From: a virus
IMG/VR virus record: IMGVR_UViG_3300005681_000033
Span: 64,001 to 128,000 of that record
Length of the DNA: 64,000 nucleotides
Direction: 5' to 3' (one strand)
The notes under the pieces were generated by a model. That model was not told where the DNA came from, did not search any database, and saw only the letters and a list, made by a program, of their open reading frames with translations. The translations under genes and the position numbers were made by a program. Below are positions 8,810-17,924 of this stretch, piece after piece (positions within the stretch are counted from its first letter, which is position 1; each line of letters opens with the position of its first letter).

Positions 8810-9637
8810 CTAAATATTTGAAAGAAAGTATTTATTTGAGAAAATAGCCTTAAGCTTTGATACAGCTAAATCTCGTTTTTTCTCAAGATCTTCAATACGT
8901 TGGGCGTAAATTTTAGGTCCAGCAGAAGAAGCAGATTGAGAAATCCCATCCTGAGAAATACTGGTTGAATTGTATTTGTTGGCCGATTGCAAGTCGCTTA
9001 AAATCTCAATAGCAGCAATCATGCCAACAATCGCATTTACTGGAATTGGAACTTGACCTTCAGTGTTGCTTAAACCATAGGTATACTTGATTGTGAAAAA
9101 AGCAGGCAACCATTGAAAATTATTAATTGCTTGTAAGAAAATGAGACCTGCGTTTGAAGCTCGACCGTCTTGTAAACCAGCAGCTCCAAAAATACTCAAA
9201 ATAGGAATTAAATTTAATTGACGTTGATGTGCCAATCCCACTTCAATCCAATCGGGTGGAAGGTGGTAAATGTTTTCGCCATTAGAACTCATAATGTCGA
9301 TGCTTTCGATAGACATGATAGGCCCATGCTTAGTTTTCATAAACACAAAGGATTTGTAAAGATCTCTGTCAAAAGGAATTCTTTCCATGTCTTGGACCGC
9401 AGTAATTCTAAGACCCGTCATGGTTTCAAATTCATTCATAGCCAAATTGATTTGATCTTGCAATTCAGCAGTTGAGTACTTTGCTCTGATTTCTTTTTCT
9501 TGGCTTTTAAGGTAACGAGAAATTAAAAGATCTGGTGTTAACAATTCTTCTGTTCTTGCCATCAAGTCAGACGTTGCGAACGCCTGGACTGGATAAACCT
9601 TAGTACCAAACGATTTGGATTTACTGTAATCGGCCAT
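8810..9637 (-). CDS. Putative head-tail adaptor / neck protein
   Basis: IKYTYG, SISQDGISQS and C-terminal helix typical of SPO1/Twort-like adaptors; ATG at 9637. Confidence 0.6.
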   Translation of the reverse strand: MADYSKSKSFGTKVYPVQAFATSDLMARTEELLTPDLLISRYLKSQEKEIRAKYSTAELQDQINLAMNEFETMTGLRITAVQDMERIPFDRDLYKSFVFMKTKHGPIMSIESIDIMSSNGENIYHLPPDWIEVGLAHQRQLNLIPILSIFGAAGLQDGRASNAGLIFLQAINNFQWLPAFFTIKYTYGLSNTEGQVPIPVNAIVGMIAAIEILSDLQSANKYNSTSISQDGISQSASSAGPKIYAQRIEDLEKKRDLAVSKLKAIFSNKYFLSNI

Positions 9638-10059
9638 TAGCAAGACCCCACGTTAAGAAGGCTTGCCGAAACCCCACCCTTAACAAGGATGTTTTTTTCA
9701 TTAGCATCTTCAGTTAGTTTGATTTTAAAGTTTCCAGATTTAGGCAATTGAGCATCTGTTAAATCAAATTTCCAAATACTTTTGTCATCTGCAAATGGTT
9801 GCGTTCCAATAATAACCAAAACATCTGCATCGTCAATCGATGGGAATGTTGCTTCCGCACCAATAGTGGTTCCTTGAGGGATGTATCTCATAGGATGTTC
9901 AGGCAGTGCAACAGATTTATCTGGTCCAGGGACTTTGTCCAAATCAACCAATTGGACGTAAATTTCGTTAGCTTGGCCTTCTTGGACAGATGCAGAGTTT
10001 GCATACTCCCAATTGTTTACATTGGCTACATTTTTAAGAACTTTGGCACTTAATCGCAT
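9637..10059 (-). CDS. Putative virion structural protein
   Basis: Real start probably ATG 10059 (RBS AAGGAG); late motif upstream. Confidence 0.55.
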   Translation of the reverse strand: MRLSAKVLKNVANVNNWEYANSASVQEGQANEIYVQLVDLDKVPGPDKSVALPEHPMRYIPQGTTIGAEATFPSIDDADVLVIIGTQPFADDKSIWKFDLTDAQLPKSGNFKIKLTEDANEKNILVKGGVSASLLNVGSC

Positions 10060-10087
10060 AAAATTTAGGCTCCTTTGAGGTCTTCTA

Positions 10088-10123
10088 TAAAGATTGCAAT
10101 TTTTGTGGTAATATAGGGTATGG
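10088..10123. promoter_or_regulatory. Back-to-back late (minus, GCAATCTTTA) and middle (plus, TGTGG-TAATAT) promoters
   Basis: 34/36 identical to 32441-32476; both lie between divergent genes. Confidence 0.75.
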
Positions 10124-10737
10124 CAAGACCACTCAAAATTATCAGTATTGACGGTACTAAAGGTTCTGGAAAGACCAGTCAAATCGGCATGTTAGCTCGT
10201 TTATTTAAGGACAATTCCATCCCTTGTTTAGTTGTTCAAGCCGGTAGGGATATTGCCACTGGACAGGTTTCTATACAAAAAATTCGTACTTTTGTCTCTG
10301 AAAACCCCAATGGAGTCGCTATTTTAGATGGTTCTATTGCTAGAATGATGGTTGCCGATCTCATGATTGGAAAGGCCAAAGAGAAGGTGATCGACGAATA
10401 TAAGTATCTAACTCATGATTATGAAAGGCTAGATCATGAATTTGGAATTGCTTCATTTTTGATGATTATGGACGATCTAAAAGAGGGCGAACGTCGACTT
10501 GTCAAAAGAAAGGCTTTGCTCGGAATTGAGGCTGAAGAGTACGACCCAGGATATGAGGCTGATATTGTAAATGGTATGCGTTTTTTTAACAATCACGTGG
10601 CTTCCAAAAACATGACGTTTCGTATCATTGATATTGAAAATGAAGACACAATGATGCAAATTCACAAAAAAATTATGGATTCATTGTCTAACAACTATGA
10701 GTTGCCAGAGCTTAAAAAGGATAAAAACGATTGGTAG
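10120..10737 (+). CDS. Thymidylate/dNMP kinase-like P-loop protein
   Basis: ISIDGTKGSGKTSQ Walker A at the N-terminus. Confidence 0.7.
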   Translation: MARPLKIISIDGTKGSGKTSQIGMLARLFKDNSIPCLVVQAGRDIATGQVSIQKIRTFVSENPNGVAILDGSIARMMVADLMIGKAKEKVIDEYKYLTHDYERLDHEFGIASFLMIMDDLKEGERRLVKRKALLGIEAEEYDPGYEADIVNGMRFFNNHVASKNMTFRIIDIENEDTMMQIHKKIMDSLSNNYELPELKKDKNDW

Positions 10738-11318
10738 AGTTGTCACAAGATACTATTTTTAAGCTTGGAGTTATGCTGGACAATGAAGTCTTACGTGATG
10801 AAATTGTTTCTCGCCTTACTTGTTTTGGTGAGCCAATTAGAACAATGGAACAAGCCAATGCCATTGGTGAAACGACCTTTGCACAGTTTGATGATAAGAT
10901 CACTCAGGTATTTAAAACTAAAATGGCTAATTATGACCATGGTGAGTGTGGCCTAGAAATCGCCAAGGGATTGAATGGCTGTCTTAAAGTTCTTGAACAG
11001 GCCAAGGCCGGACAAACACCTAATATCCAAGAGTTAATGGGTGAAAAAATGGATAAGGTGGCATTTGAAGCCTTAATCCTTGCCCTAGCTAGTAATCAGG
11101 CTGCTAAAGAATTTAGAAAAGCTTATGATAAAATGTTTGATAGTCTTGTAAATATCAATCTTATTTCTACAACCAAAGCTTTATCACCCGAATATGACTA
11201 TATTCCACCTCATATTTTAGTGAACGCTAAAACTGACAAAATTCACAAAGAGACCTCTAAACCACGACCTGTGGACCCAAAACGTATCAAAAGAATACGC
11301 TTAAAAAAAGATAATTGA
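10731..11318 (+). CDS. Hypothetical protein
   Basis: Long ORF coupled to the upstream gene. Confidence 0.6.
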   Translation: MVELSQDTIFKLGVMLDNEVLRDEIVSRLTCFGEPIRTMEQANAIGETTFAQFDDKITQVFKTKMANYDHGECGLEIAKGLNGCLKVLEQAKAGQTPNIQELMGEKMDKVAFEALILALASNQAAKEFRKAYDKMFDSLVNINLISTTKALSPEYDYIPPHILVNAKTDKIHKETSKPRPVDPKRIKRIRLKKDN

Positions 11319-11348
11319 TTTTTCTATCAGATCTGTTATTATTATCCT

Positions 11349-11537
11349 ATGGAAACAAATGTAACTTATATCAATAGTAAAAAACCGCTGACGCGTGATG
11401 ATATGGCTAAATTATTGCGTATTTTAAGAGAAAGAGAGCAATCAACACCAAATCCTTTACTTAAGGATTGGTTTGTAATTCGTAATCAAATTAGACAATT
11501 AGAAAAAGAAATCAACAAAACAAGGAGATCTTTATGA
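11349..11537 (+). CDS. Hypothetical protein
   Basis: TTGATT-N16-TATTAT just upstream; overlaps next start. Confidence 0.55.
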   Translation: METNVTYINSKKPLTRDDMAKLLRILREREQSTPNPLLKDWFVIRNQIRQLEKEINKTRRSL

Positions 11538-11815
11538 CAGACACACAACAAAAATTTTTAGAAATCTCAAAGCGATATGAAGCTCTTAAAGAAGAAATGA
11601 AGGCTTTAAAACCTACTCTTCAAGAGTTGATGACTGAATTAAAAGTTGGAACTCATTTTCAAGACCCAGAAACACAACTTGTTTATCGCATTGAAGTTCC
11701 GACTGGAACTTATGTGTCTTTTGACCCTATCACTTACACTCGTACTAAAAAGGTTGGCGAGGATAAAGGTTCTTTGGCTAAGAGTGAAGCTCAAAAGCTT
11801 GGATATAATATCTAA
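11534..11815 (+). CDS. Hypothetical protein
   Basis: RBS AAGGAG. Confidence 0.65.
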   Translation: MTDTQQKFLEISKRYEALKEEMKALKPTLQELMTELKVGTHFQDPETQLVYRIEVPTGTYVSFDPITYTRTKKVGEDKGSLAKSEAQKLGYNI

Positions 11816-12207
11816 TTATTCATCCAGTATTTTAATGCAATGTTGTGTTGGATAGGCACGTGCAAATCTGACACAACATAATTTGGATTCATATAGTGCC
11901 ATGAATCTACCTCTTTGTCCGGGTCTTTCGATGCATCTAACATTTGCTTTGGGTCTGGGGTCACATGGAACAAATACAATAAAAGATTTTGTTCTTTATC
12001 CCAATGCGAAGCAACAAGCTTGATATCTTCTACATCCAAACCTGTTTCTTCTTTTAGTTCTCTAATAGCACCTTCATATGGATCTTCGCCCTCATTCAAG
12101 TGTCCACCCGGAACTGTCCATTTTTTATTGTCGTTGCGAACGCCCATTAAGATATTATCGCTATGATCTGTTAATAGACAAATTGCAACTCTTCGCGAAT
12201 TAGCCAT
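11812..12207 (-). CDS. Nudix hydrolase
   Basis: Nudix box GGHLNEGEDPYEGAIRELKEETGL. Confidence 0.95.
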   Translation of the reverse strand: MANSRRVAICLLTDHSDNILMGVRNDNKKWTVPGGHLNEGEDPYEGAIRELKEETGLDVEDIKLVASHWDKEQNLLLYLFHVTPDPKQMLDASKDPDKEVDSWHYMNPNYVVSDLHVPIQHNIALKYWMNN

Positions 12208-12212
12208 TTATC

Positions 12213-14333
12213 CTACTTCTTTTTTTCGTTTTTGTAAAGAAATTCAGATTTGGCAATTTTCATTTTTGGCTGTGCCTGTGGCATTTCTGGTTGAGCAGGC
12301 ATTGGAGCTGGTTGATTTTGAGCTACCGGTTGTTGTGTAGGCATTGGAGCTGGACGCGGTTTCATTCGCACTACATTTGGAGGCAATTCTTGCTGCATTT
12401 GTGGTTGAACGGCTTGTTTTTTAGCTTGTCTATCCAACACAGCACCTGGCTGCCTATTTGTAATAGCAGCGTCTAAGGTTCTGTCTGCCTTAGACCATCC
12501 TTTATCTGGGTGAAATTTCATTTGACCACTAAAAATAGCATGTAATCGTGCTTTGTTTTCAGGAGAAAGGTTTCTCGCTTGACGAATTAAATCGACATAC
12601 TTTTCCTTTTTGCCTGGAACCTTAACACGAGTGGCAATCACCTTATTTGGATCTTCAACGGAAGTTCTCTGAGGTGCATTTTTATCCTTTACTGGAATTG
12701 ACACCTGACTTGCTGGCATCCCAAGAAAACGACGAATCAACTGCTCTGCAGCCATTGGTTGCACTTCACCTTGAGATCGTTTTTGTTGCATATATCCATA
12801 TTGCTTTTGAACATCCGAATATTGCTTATCCATTAAACGCTGTCCATCTTCAAGACTAACACCTTCAGGCATTAACATTAAATGTGCAATTTCATGAACA
12901 ATTGCTTCAGGATTCCATTGAGCTTCGAATTTACCTGAACGCCAATCTGGTTTATCCACACCAATTTCATTGTCTGCTTTTCTACGCTCACCTGTCTTGT
13001 CGTTTACCTTACCACCTGATGGTTGCAAATCAAGACCTAAAAACTTATCAACGAATTTTTTGATATGATTGATGTGCTTATCACGCATTGCAGATTTCGC
13101 TGCAGGTTGAGAATTGGTTCCAAATACCTTTTTACGTTGTTCGCGTACATTTTTAGAGGCTTTGTTAATATCTGAGTGTCCAAGCTTACGAACAATAACA
13201 AATTCAGATTTAACAACATCGACTTCAGACTTAGGAAGGTTTGGTTTTGGCATATCTTTCAATTCTTTCAATTTTCTAGAATGCATTTGACGTGCAACTT
13301 GTTTTTGTCTTTCTTTTCCACCAGATTTAATAGGTGTTTTTTTATTACTTCCTGCGATAGCCATGACACCAGCTCTACTATGAGTTCCAGTCCCAACATC
13401 CGACGTATGAACTCCCTTTAAATCTTTTGCCAATGCGTCACCCTGTACTTTTTCAGATGAAACTCCAGCACCACAAGACGCAACAAGAGCTTTACGAACA
13501 TTTGAATCGTATTTACTAAGCTGTTTTTTCTCGTTCTTTTGCCATGCTGGTTTCATTTTTGGCATTTTACCGTAAATTTGAGTGCCAGTTTTGGCTTTTG
13601 GTTCAGCTGCATAATTGATTTTATCACCAACGTGCATAGTGCTCGGAGCATTTTTTGGACTGAAGATGCGTTTAGGGATACGACCACTTCCAGGAGGAGA
13701 ATTCAAATCTGCTTTGTAAATGAAAGGAATCTCACCTTTCATGATTTGACACGAAGCTTCGTCTGCTTTAGACATAACATCTTGAATAAATGCAAATTTA
13801 CCAGAATCTGACTGTTTTTGGGCTTTGTCGTCTACTTTCAATTCGTAAGCTTCACAAACTTTATTGCAAGGAGTCAAAGTAACAGATACTTTTCTTGCAA
13901 TACATTTTGTAATAATAGCACCTTGTTTTTCAACACGAGAGCCTTCGATAGAAAAATTGATTAGTTTTTTGGCTTCTTTGTTAAGAGGTGTCATTTGGTC
14001 GTACTTGAGCATTGCAGCTACTTCACTAGCAGCTTTGTGACCAACCGAATCAAATAATTCACCAGCAACATAAATAAAAGGCATTTTAAGCTTATCCCAA
14101 AATTCCTTTTGATGTTCATTTTCGCAATCAGAGCGTTTTAAGATTTTCTTGGCTTCCCAAATCTTACCTACAATAGAAGAAGGGCTTTTAGAGTCATGTT
14201 CGTAGTTAAAAGTTCCATCTTTTGTAAGACTTGTAATATCTACGCCTTCAATTTGAATACGTTCGCCAGAACTATCTAAGTGTTCTGAGGCAGCGATGCC
14301 ATGAATGAAAGTTCCACGTTTTTGATCAGACAT
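12213..14333 (-). CDS. Prohead (capsid maturation) protease with long C-terminal extension containing an HExxH domain
   Basis: GIAASEHLDSSGE..NYEH..IVGKI..GELF..FSIEG..VTLTPCN; HEIAH at 12882-12896. Confidence 0.8.
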   Translation of the reverse strand: MSDQKRGTFIHGIAASEHLDSSGERIQIEGVDITSLTKDGTFNYEHDSKSPSSIVGKIWEAKKILKRSDCENEHQKEFWDKLKMPFIYVAGELFDSVGHKAASEVAAMLKYDQMTPLNKEAKKLINFSIEGSRVEKQGAIITKCIARKVSVTLTPCNKVCEAYELKVDDKAQKQSDSGKFAFIQDVMSKADEASCQIMKGEIPFIYKADLNSPPGSGRIPKRIFSPKNAPSTMHVGDKINYAAEPKAKTGTQIYGKMPKMKPAWQKNEKKQLSKYDSNVRKALVASCGAGVSSEKVQGDALAKDLKGVHTSDVGTGTHSRAGVMAIAGSNKKTPIKSGGKERQKQVARQMHSRKLKELKDMPKPNLPKSEVDVVKSEFVIVRKLGHSDINKASKNVREQRKKVFGTNSQPAAKSAMRDKHINHIKKFVDKFLGLDLQPSGGKVNDKTGERRKADNEIGVDKPDWRSGKFEAQWNPEAIVHEIAHLMLMPEGVSLEDGQRLMDKQYSDVQKQYGYMQQKRSQGEVQPMAAEQLIRRFLGMPASQVSIPVKDKNAPQRTSVEDPNKVIATRVKVPGKKEKYVDLIRQARNLSPENKARLHAIFSGQMKFHPDKGWSKADRTLDAAITNRQPGAVLDRQAKKQAVQPQMQQELPPNVVRMKPRPAPMPTQQPVAQNQPAPMPAQPEMPQAQPKMKIAKSEFLYKNEKKK

Positions 14334-14368
14334 TTTAGACCTTTGTGATAGAAAGTGATTTTACATCT

Positions 14369-14378
14369 TAAAGATTGT
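14369..14378 (-). promoter_or_regulatory. Late promoter motif ACAATCTTTA
   Basis: Same motif at 2705, 4166, 10088, 23968 and 32441, upstream of structural/lysis genes. Confidence 0.65.
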
Positions 14379-14574
14379 GTTTTAGTCAACAAATCACCCT
14401 AAATACTTAAAAACACTAGGTTTTGGTTTTTTATTTTGGGAAGATTTGGTTTTCCAAAACTGAATAAAATCAATAGGTTAGACCTATAAAAGGTCAAAAA
14501 TACTAATCATTTACCTTGTATTGACGATTCAAAACGTCTAGGGCATAAATCAACCAATTTTTGGAGGAAAAACT

Positions 14575-14970
14575 ATGAAATCACTTGCAAAAGCTGATGC
14601 ATTGGCTCGTGGCTTAAAAGAACGTCTTCAATTCCGTGGCTATTCAGTCGCTGAATCAAGAGACGCTGAAGGCTGGCCAAAGCTAACACTTAACACTAAC
14701 GAAGCTTCATTGAAGATCGTTGCTGCTGACGCAGTTTCTAAAGATATTTTTGGAAACAGTCTAGTTGCTTTCGCACCACACAAAGTTGAATTCGCTTCTC
14801 GTGACGATGCTATGAGCACGTTAAAAGTAGCTCAAATTCAAACTGAACTTGTTAAATGTGGAATCGAAAAGCAAATCGTAAAAACCCACGCTACTGTTTT
14901 GGCTACTGCCGAAGCTGCTGCTGGAACTGAAATCAATTTTGATGTTCAATGGCCTACTAAGGGCGTTTAA
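14575..14970 (+). CDS. Putative head-associated protein
   Basis: Strong RBS GGAGG; first gene of the scaffold/capsid operon. Confidence 0.6.
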   Translation: MKSLAKADALARGLKERLQFRGYSVAESRDAEGWPKLTLNTNEASLKIVAADAVSKDIFGNSLVAFAPHKVEFASRDDAMSTLKVAQIQTELVKCGIEKQIVKTHATVLATAEAAAGTEINFDVQWPTKGV

Positions 14971-14995
14971 TTAACACTGGAAGGAGTGCATATTT

Positions 14996-15709
14996 ATGAA
15001 GAAAAAATATTCTGATAAAGATATGGCCGCTCTGATTGGTGAAATTGAAACTCATTTCAACACTGTGTTGAAGTCACAAACTGAACCAACAGATCTTAAA
15101 AAATCTGAAGAAGCAAATGAAGTAAAAGTTGAGGAAACTCAAGTAGCTACACCTGCTCCTACTGAATTTGGTTACGACGAAAAAGACATTCAAGAAATGA
15201 ACGAAATGTATTCATCTATGACAAAATCTGAAGCTAAAGCTCACTTTGAAGCTCTGAAAGCTGCCCACTTTCAAGAAACTCAAGAAGCTCCTGCTAAAGA
15301 AGAGGTTATTGCTAAGTCTGAAATCAAAGAAGTTCAAGCTTCTGAAAACGACGAAACAAAACTTTTAAAGTCAGAAATTGAAACACTGAAATCAGAAAAA
15401 GAAAAACTGGAAAAATCATTTAACGATCTAACTGCAAAATTGATTGCGTTTGTTAAAGGCTCTAAAGCTCCAAAGCAAAAAGCCGTTACTCAATTGCAAT
15501 ATGTAGCAAAATCTGAAGATGAGGTTAAGGTTGAAGAGAAAAAAGAAGATGTGTCTAAATTAGACAAAACTGAAATTTCTCGAAGACTTACTGCTCAAAT
15601 CCGTTCTGGAAAACTAGAAAAAAGCGAGCGCGAAAAAATCAACAATTTCTACCAATCAGGTAGTAAAAATATTGAGTCTATTAGACATCTATTAACAGGA
15701 GGAAACTAA
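14996..15709 (+). CDS. Capsid scaffold protein
   Basis: Acidic coiled coil directly upstream of the capsid gene; about nine hydrophobic-x-KS motifs. Confidence 0.75.
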   Translation: MKKKYSDKDMAALIGEIETHFNTVLKSQTEPTDLKKSEEANEVKVEETQVATPAPTEFGYDEKDIQEMNEMYSSMTKSEAKAHFEALKAAHFQETQEAPAKEEVIAKSEIKEVQASENDETKLLKSEIETLKSEKEKLEKSFNDLTAKLIAFVKGSKAPKQKAVTQLQYVAKSEDEVKVEEKKEDVSKLDKTEISRRLTAQIRSGKLEKSEREKINNFYQSGSKNIESIRHLLTGGN

Positions 15710-15710
15710 A

Positions 15711-17105
15711 ATGGTCGAACAACTAAACGATCTATTAAAAGCCCTTGAAGCAGGTTCATACAACGCTGCTCCAGGTCAGCTTGTACAAGGAGCTGCGTTG
15801 CAGGTGGAAGATCTTTCTCCTGTGATGGAAAACGTCACTTTTGACGACAGCCACATCAAACTTCAGAAGATGCTTAGCATTAAAGATGCAAAAAGCACTC
15901 TGATCCAATTCAACCGTCAGCTTGACTACGGTATTTTCGGCGGATCTGCTCAGTATGAAGGCGGAATCGGTGAAGAAGATACATCGAACTACGTTCGTGC
16001 TATCGTTCCAATGGCTTACTACAGCACAACTCGACGAGTTTCTGTTGCAGCTAACCTAATTGGTGCAGTAGATGGTAAAAAAGCGGAAGATAGATCAGCT
16101 TCTGATGCTGCTATGAAACTTTCTGCGGATATCGAATTCGATTCTTTCCGTGGACAAGCAGATTTCAGCAATGCTGGTATTTTCGATGGTAACCCAAATG
16201 CTATCGCTGATATCCCTAACATGGTTGGTGTTGATGCTCAAATCCGTATGTCTGACAGCTTGTCAAACACACAAGATTTGATGTTTGCTGAATACGGTTC
16301 AGATCAAACAGTTATCGTTTCTGTAAACGGAACTTTGACTCAAACTTCAATCGAAGATATGTCAGTTAAATCTGCAATGCAACATGGTTCTGCAGATAAA
16401 TTAATTCTTGACCCAATTTCTTTAAGTGCTTACAACAAAATTGCTTTTGCAAAAGAGCGTATCATGTTGTCAGGTTCACCTCAAGAAGCTACTGGTGCTG
16501 AGTTGAGAAAACAATGGACAAGCTCTGCTCTTGTTTCATTAGAGCCTTCTCGTTTCCTTTCTGGAAAAACTCGCCCTGCACGTTCTCGCGCTGGTTCTCC
16601 TGCGGCTCCTGCTACTTTAACAAGTGCTGCTGCTGCTAACCCTGCTTCTAACTTGGCTGCTGGTACATACGTGTACAAAGCAACTGCAGTTAATGAGCGT
16701 GGTGAGTCAGTTGAGAAAGTTGATGATGGTGGAGCACAAGCTGTTGCCGCTGGTGAAGCTGTTACTTTAACTATCGCTCCTGTTTCTGGTGCTAAATACT
16801 TTAACGTATATCGTTCTGAAGACGGTGGAAGCGCAGCTTCTGCAAAATTCATCGGTAAAGTTAAGGCTGCTGGTTCTGGTAATACTTCTTTCATCGACCT
16901 TGGCAATCGCCGACCTGGTTCTGTTACTGGATTCTTAATCCAAGCTAACACAATGGGTATGCACCAATTGTCTCCATATAGCCGATTGAAATTAGCTCTT
17001 AGTGACTTGTCACTTCCAGAAGCTCACTTCCGATTCCTTTGCTTGGCTGCTTACCAACCACGCAAAAACGTATTGGCTGAGAACATCGAAGGTCAGTTAT
17101 CTTAA
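15711..17105 (+). CDS. Major capsid protein (SPO1/Twort-like)
   Basis: LLKALEAG..GAALQVEDLS; Ig/FN3-like insert (YVYKATAVN..GES..YFNVYRS); biased codon use; terminator follows. Confidence 0.9.
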   Translation: MVEQLNDLLKALEAGSYNAAPGQLVQGAALQVEDLSPVMENVTFDDSHIKLQKMLSIKDAKSTLIQFNRQLDYGIFGGSAQYEGGIGEEDTSNYVRAIVPMAYYSTTRRVSVAANLIGAVDGKKAEDRSASDAAMKLSADIEFDSFRGQADFSNAGIFDGNPNAIADIPNMVGVDAQIRMSDSLSNTQDLMFAEYGSDQTVIVSVNGTLTQTSIEDMSVKSAMQHGSADKLILDPISLSAYNKIAFAKERIMLSGSPQEATGAELRKQWTSSALVSLEPSRFLSGKTRPARSRAGSPAAPATLTSAAAANPASNLAAGTYVYKATAVNERGESVEKVDDGGAQAVAAGEAVTLTIAPVSGAKYFNVYRSEDGGSAASAKFIGKVKAAGSGNTSFIDLGNRRPGSVTGFLIQANTMGMHQLSPYSRLKLALSDLSLPEAHFRFLCLAAYQPRKNVLAENIEGQLS

Positions 17106-17131
17106 TTGATAACGACTAAATATTAGTCCTT

Positions 17132-17168
17132 AAAAAGGGTTGTAGTTTTTGCTACAACCCTTTTTTTT
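17132..17168 (+). terminator. Rho-independent terminator
   Basis: AAAAGGGTTGTAG...CTACAACCCTTTT followed by a T run. Confidence 0.9.
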
Positions 17169-17176
17169 GCCTTTTT

Positions 17177-17187
17177 TGTGGTATTAT
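17177..17187 (+). promoter_or_regulatory. Extended -10 promoter TGTGG-TATTAT, leaderless start at 17194
   Basis: Motif recurs at more than ten gene starts. Confidence 0.7.
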
Positions 17188-17193
17188 CACTAT

Positions 17194-17565
17194 ATGGAAA
17201 GGCGAAAATGCATCTATACAGGCCAAGAAGCCAATTATACAGATTCTGTGATTCCCAAAAGGAATGACGAAGCTCGCCATAATTGGGCAAATAAAGTGCC
17301 TGCCAATTCTAATTATCAAAAGAGCAATCGCTTACCCACAGACCTTGAAATGGAAGCCAGCCGACTATTTTATATGTTGGAAATGGCCAAAAATGAGGTC
17401 AATTACCTGGAATTGAAGCTTCAGGAAGTGCAAGAAAAAATTACCGGTAAAAAAGCCGAAGAAATTGAAAAAGCCTATCATATTAAAGATTTAACCGAGT
17501 CTTTTGAAGAACAGGTAAGGCAATCGGAAGATACAGCTAAAAAAAATATTTGGGATGAATTTTAA
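17194..17565 (+). CDS. Hypothetical protein
   Basis: ATG 6 nt after the -10 element. Confidence 0.6.
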   Translation: MERRKCIYTGQEANYTDSVIPKRNDEARHNWANKVPANSNYQKSNRLPTDLEMEASRLFYMLEMAKNEVNYLELKLQEVQEKITGKKAEEIEKAYHIKDLTESFEEQVRQSEDTAKKNIWDEF

Positions 17566-17924
17566 TGTCAATTTTAAGAAAAAAACGTTATTCAGGTTCG
17601 GATTCTGATGGAACCAACATTGTCAATCTTAAGGATAAGATTCATGGTAGTTGTGAATTTAGACTAAACAAGAAAAAAACATTTTTTACAAATGACTACA
17701 CATATTTGTATGCAAATGAAGTTGACGATGATGGCGATTATGTGTATGATGGTGAAATAGGTGTCAATAAGGCTAAATACAAAGCCCATGACAATAGTTG
17801 GTTTGATGAATTAAAAGACCAACCCTTCTTTCGTCGAGAAGATATTGAATCTATTGGTGATATTGATGTTGGTGAATTATTGGATATTTTAGAAGAAATG
17901 GAAATTAACGAGGAGAATTCATGA
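17565..17924 (+). CDS. Hypothetical acidic protein
   Basis: Translationally coupled ORF. Confidence 0.6.
   Translation: MSILRKKRYSGSDSDGTNIVNLKDKIHGSCEFRLNKKKTFFTNDYTYLYANEVDDDGDYVYDGEIGVNKAKYKAHDNSWFDELKDQPFFRREDIESIGDIDVGELLDILEEMEINEENS

Noticed and set aside
16019-16951. Antisense ORFs within the capsid gene (and similar ones in nrdA, dnaE and others)
   Set aside because: Explained by codon bias on the coding strand; no RBS or motifs.
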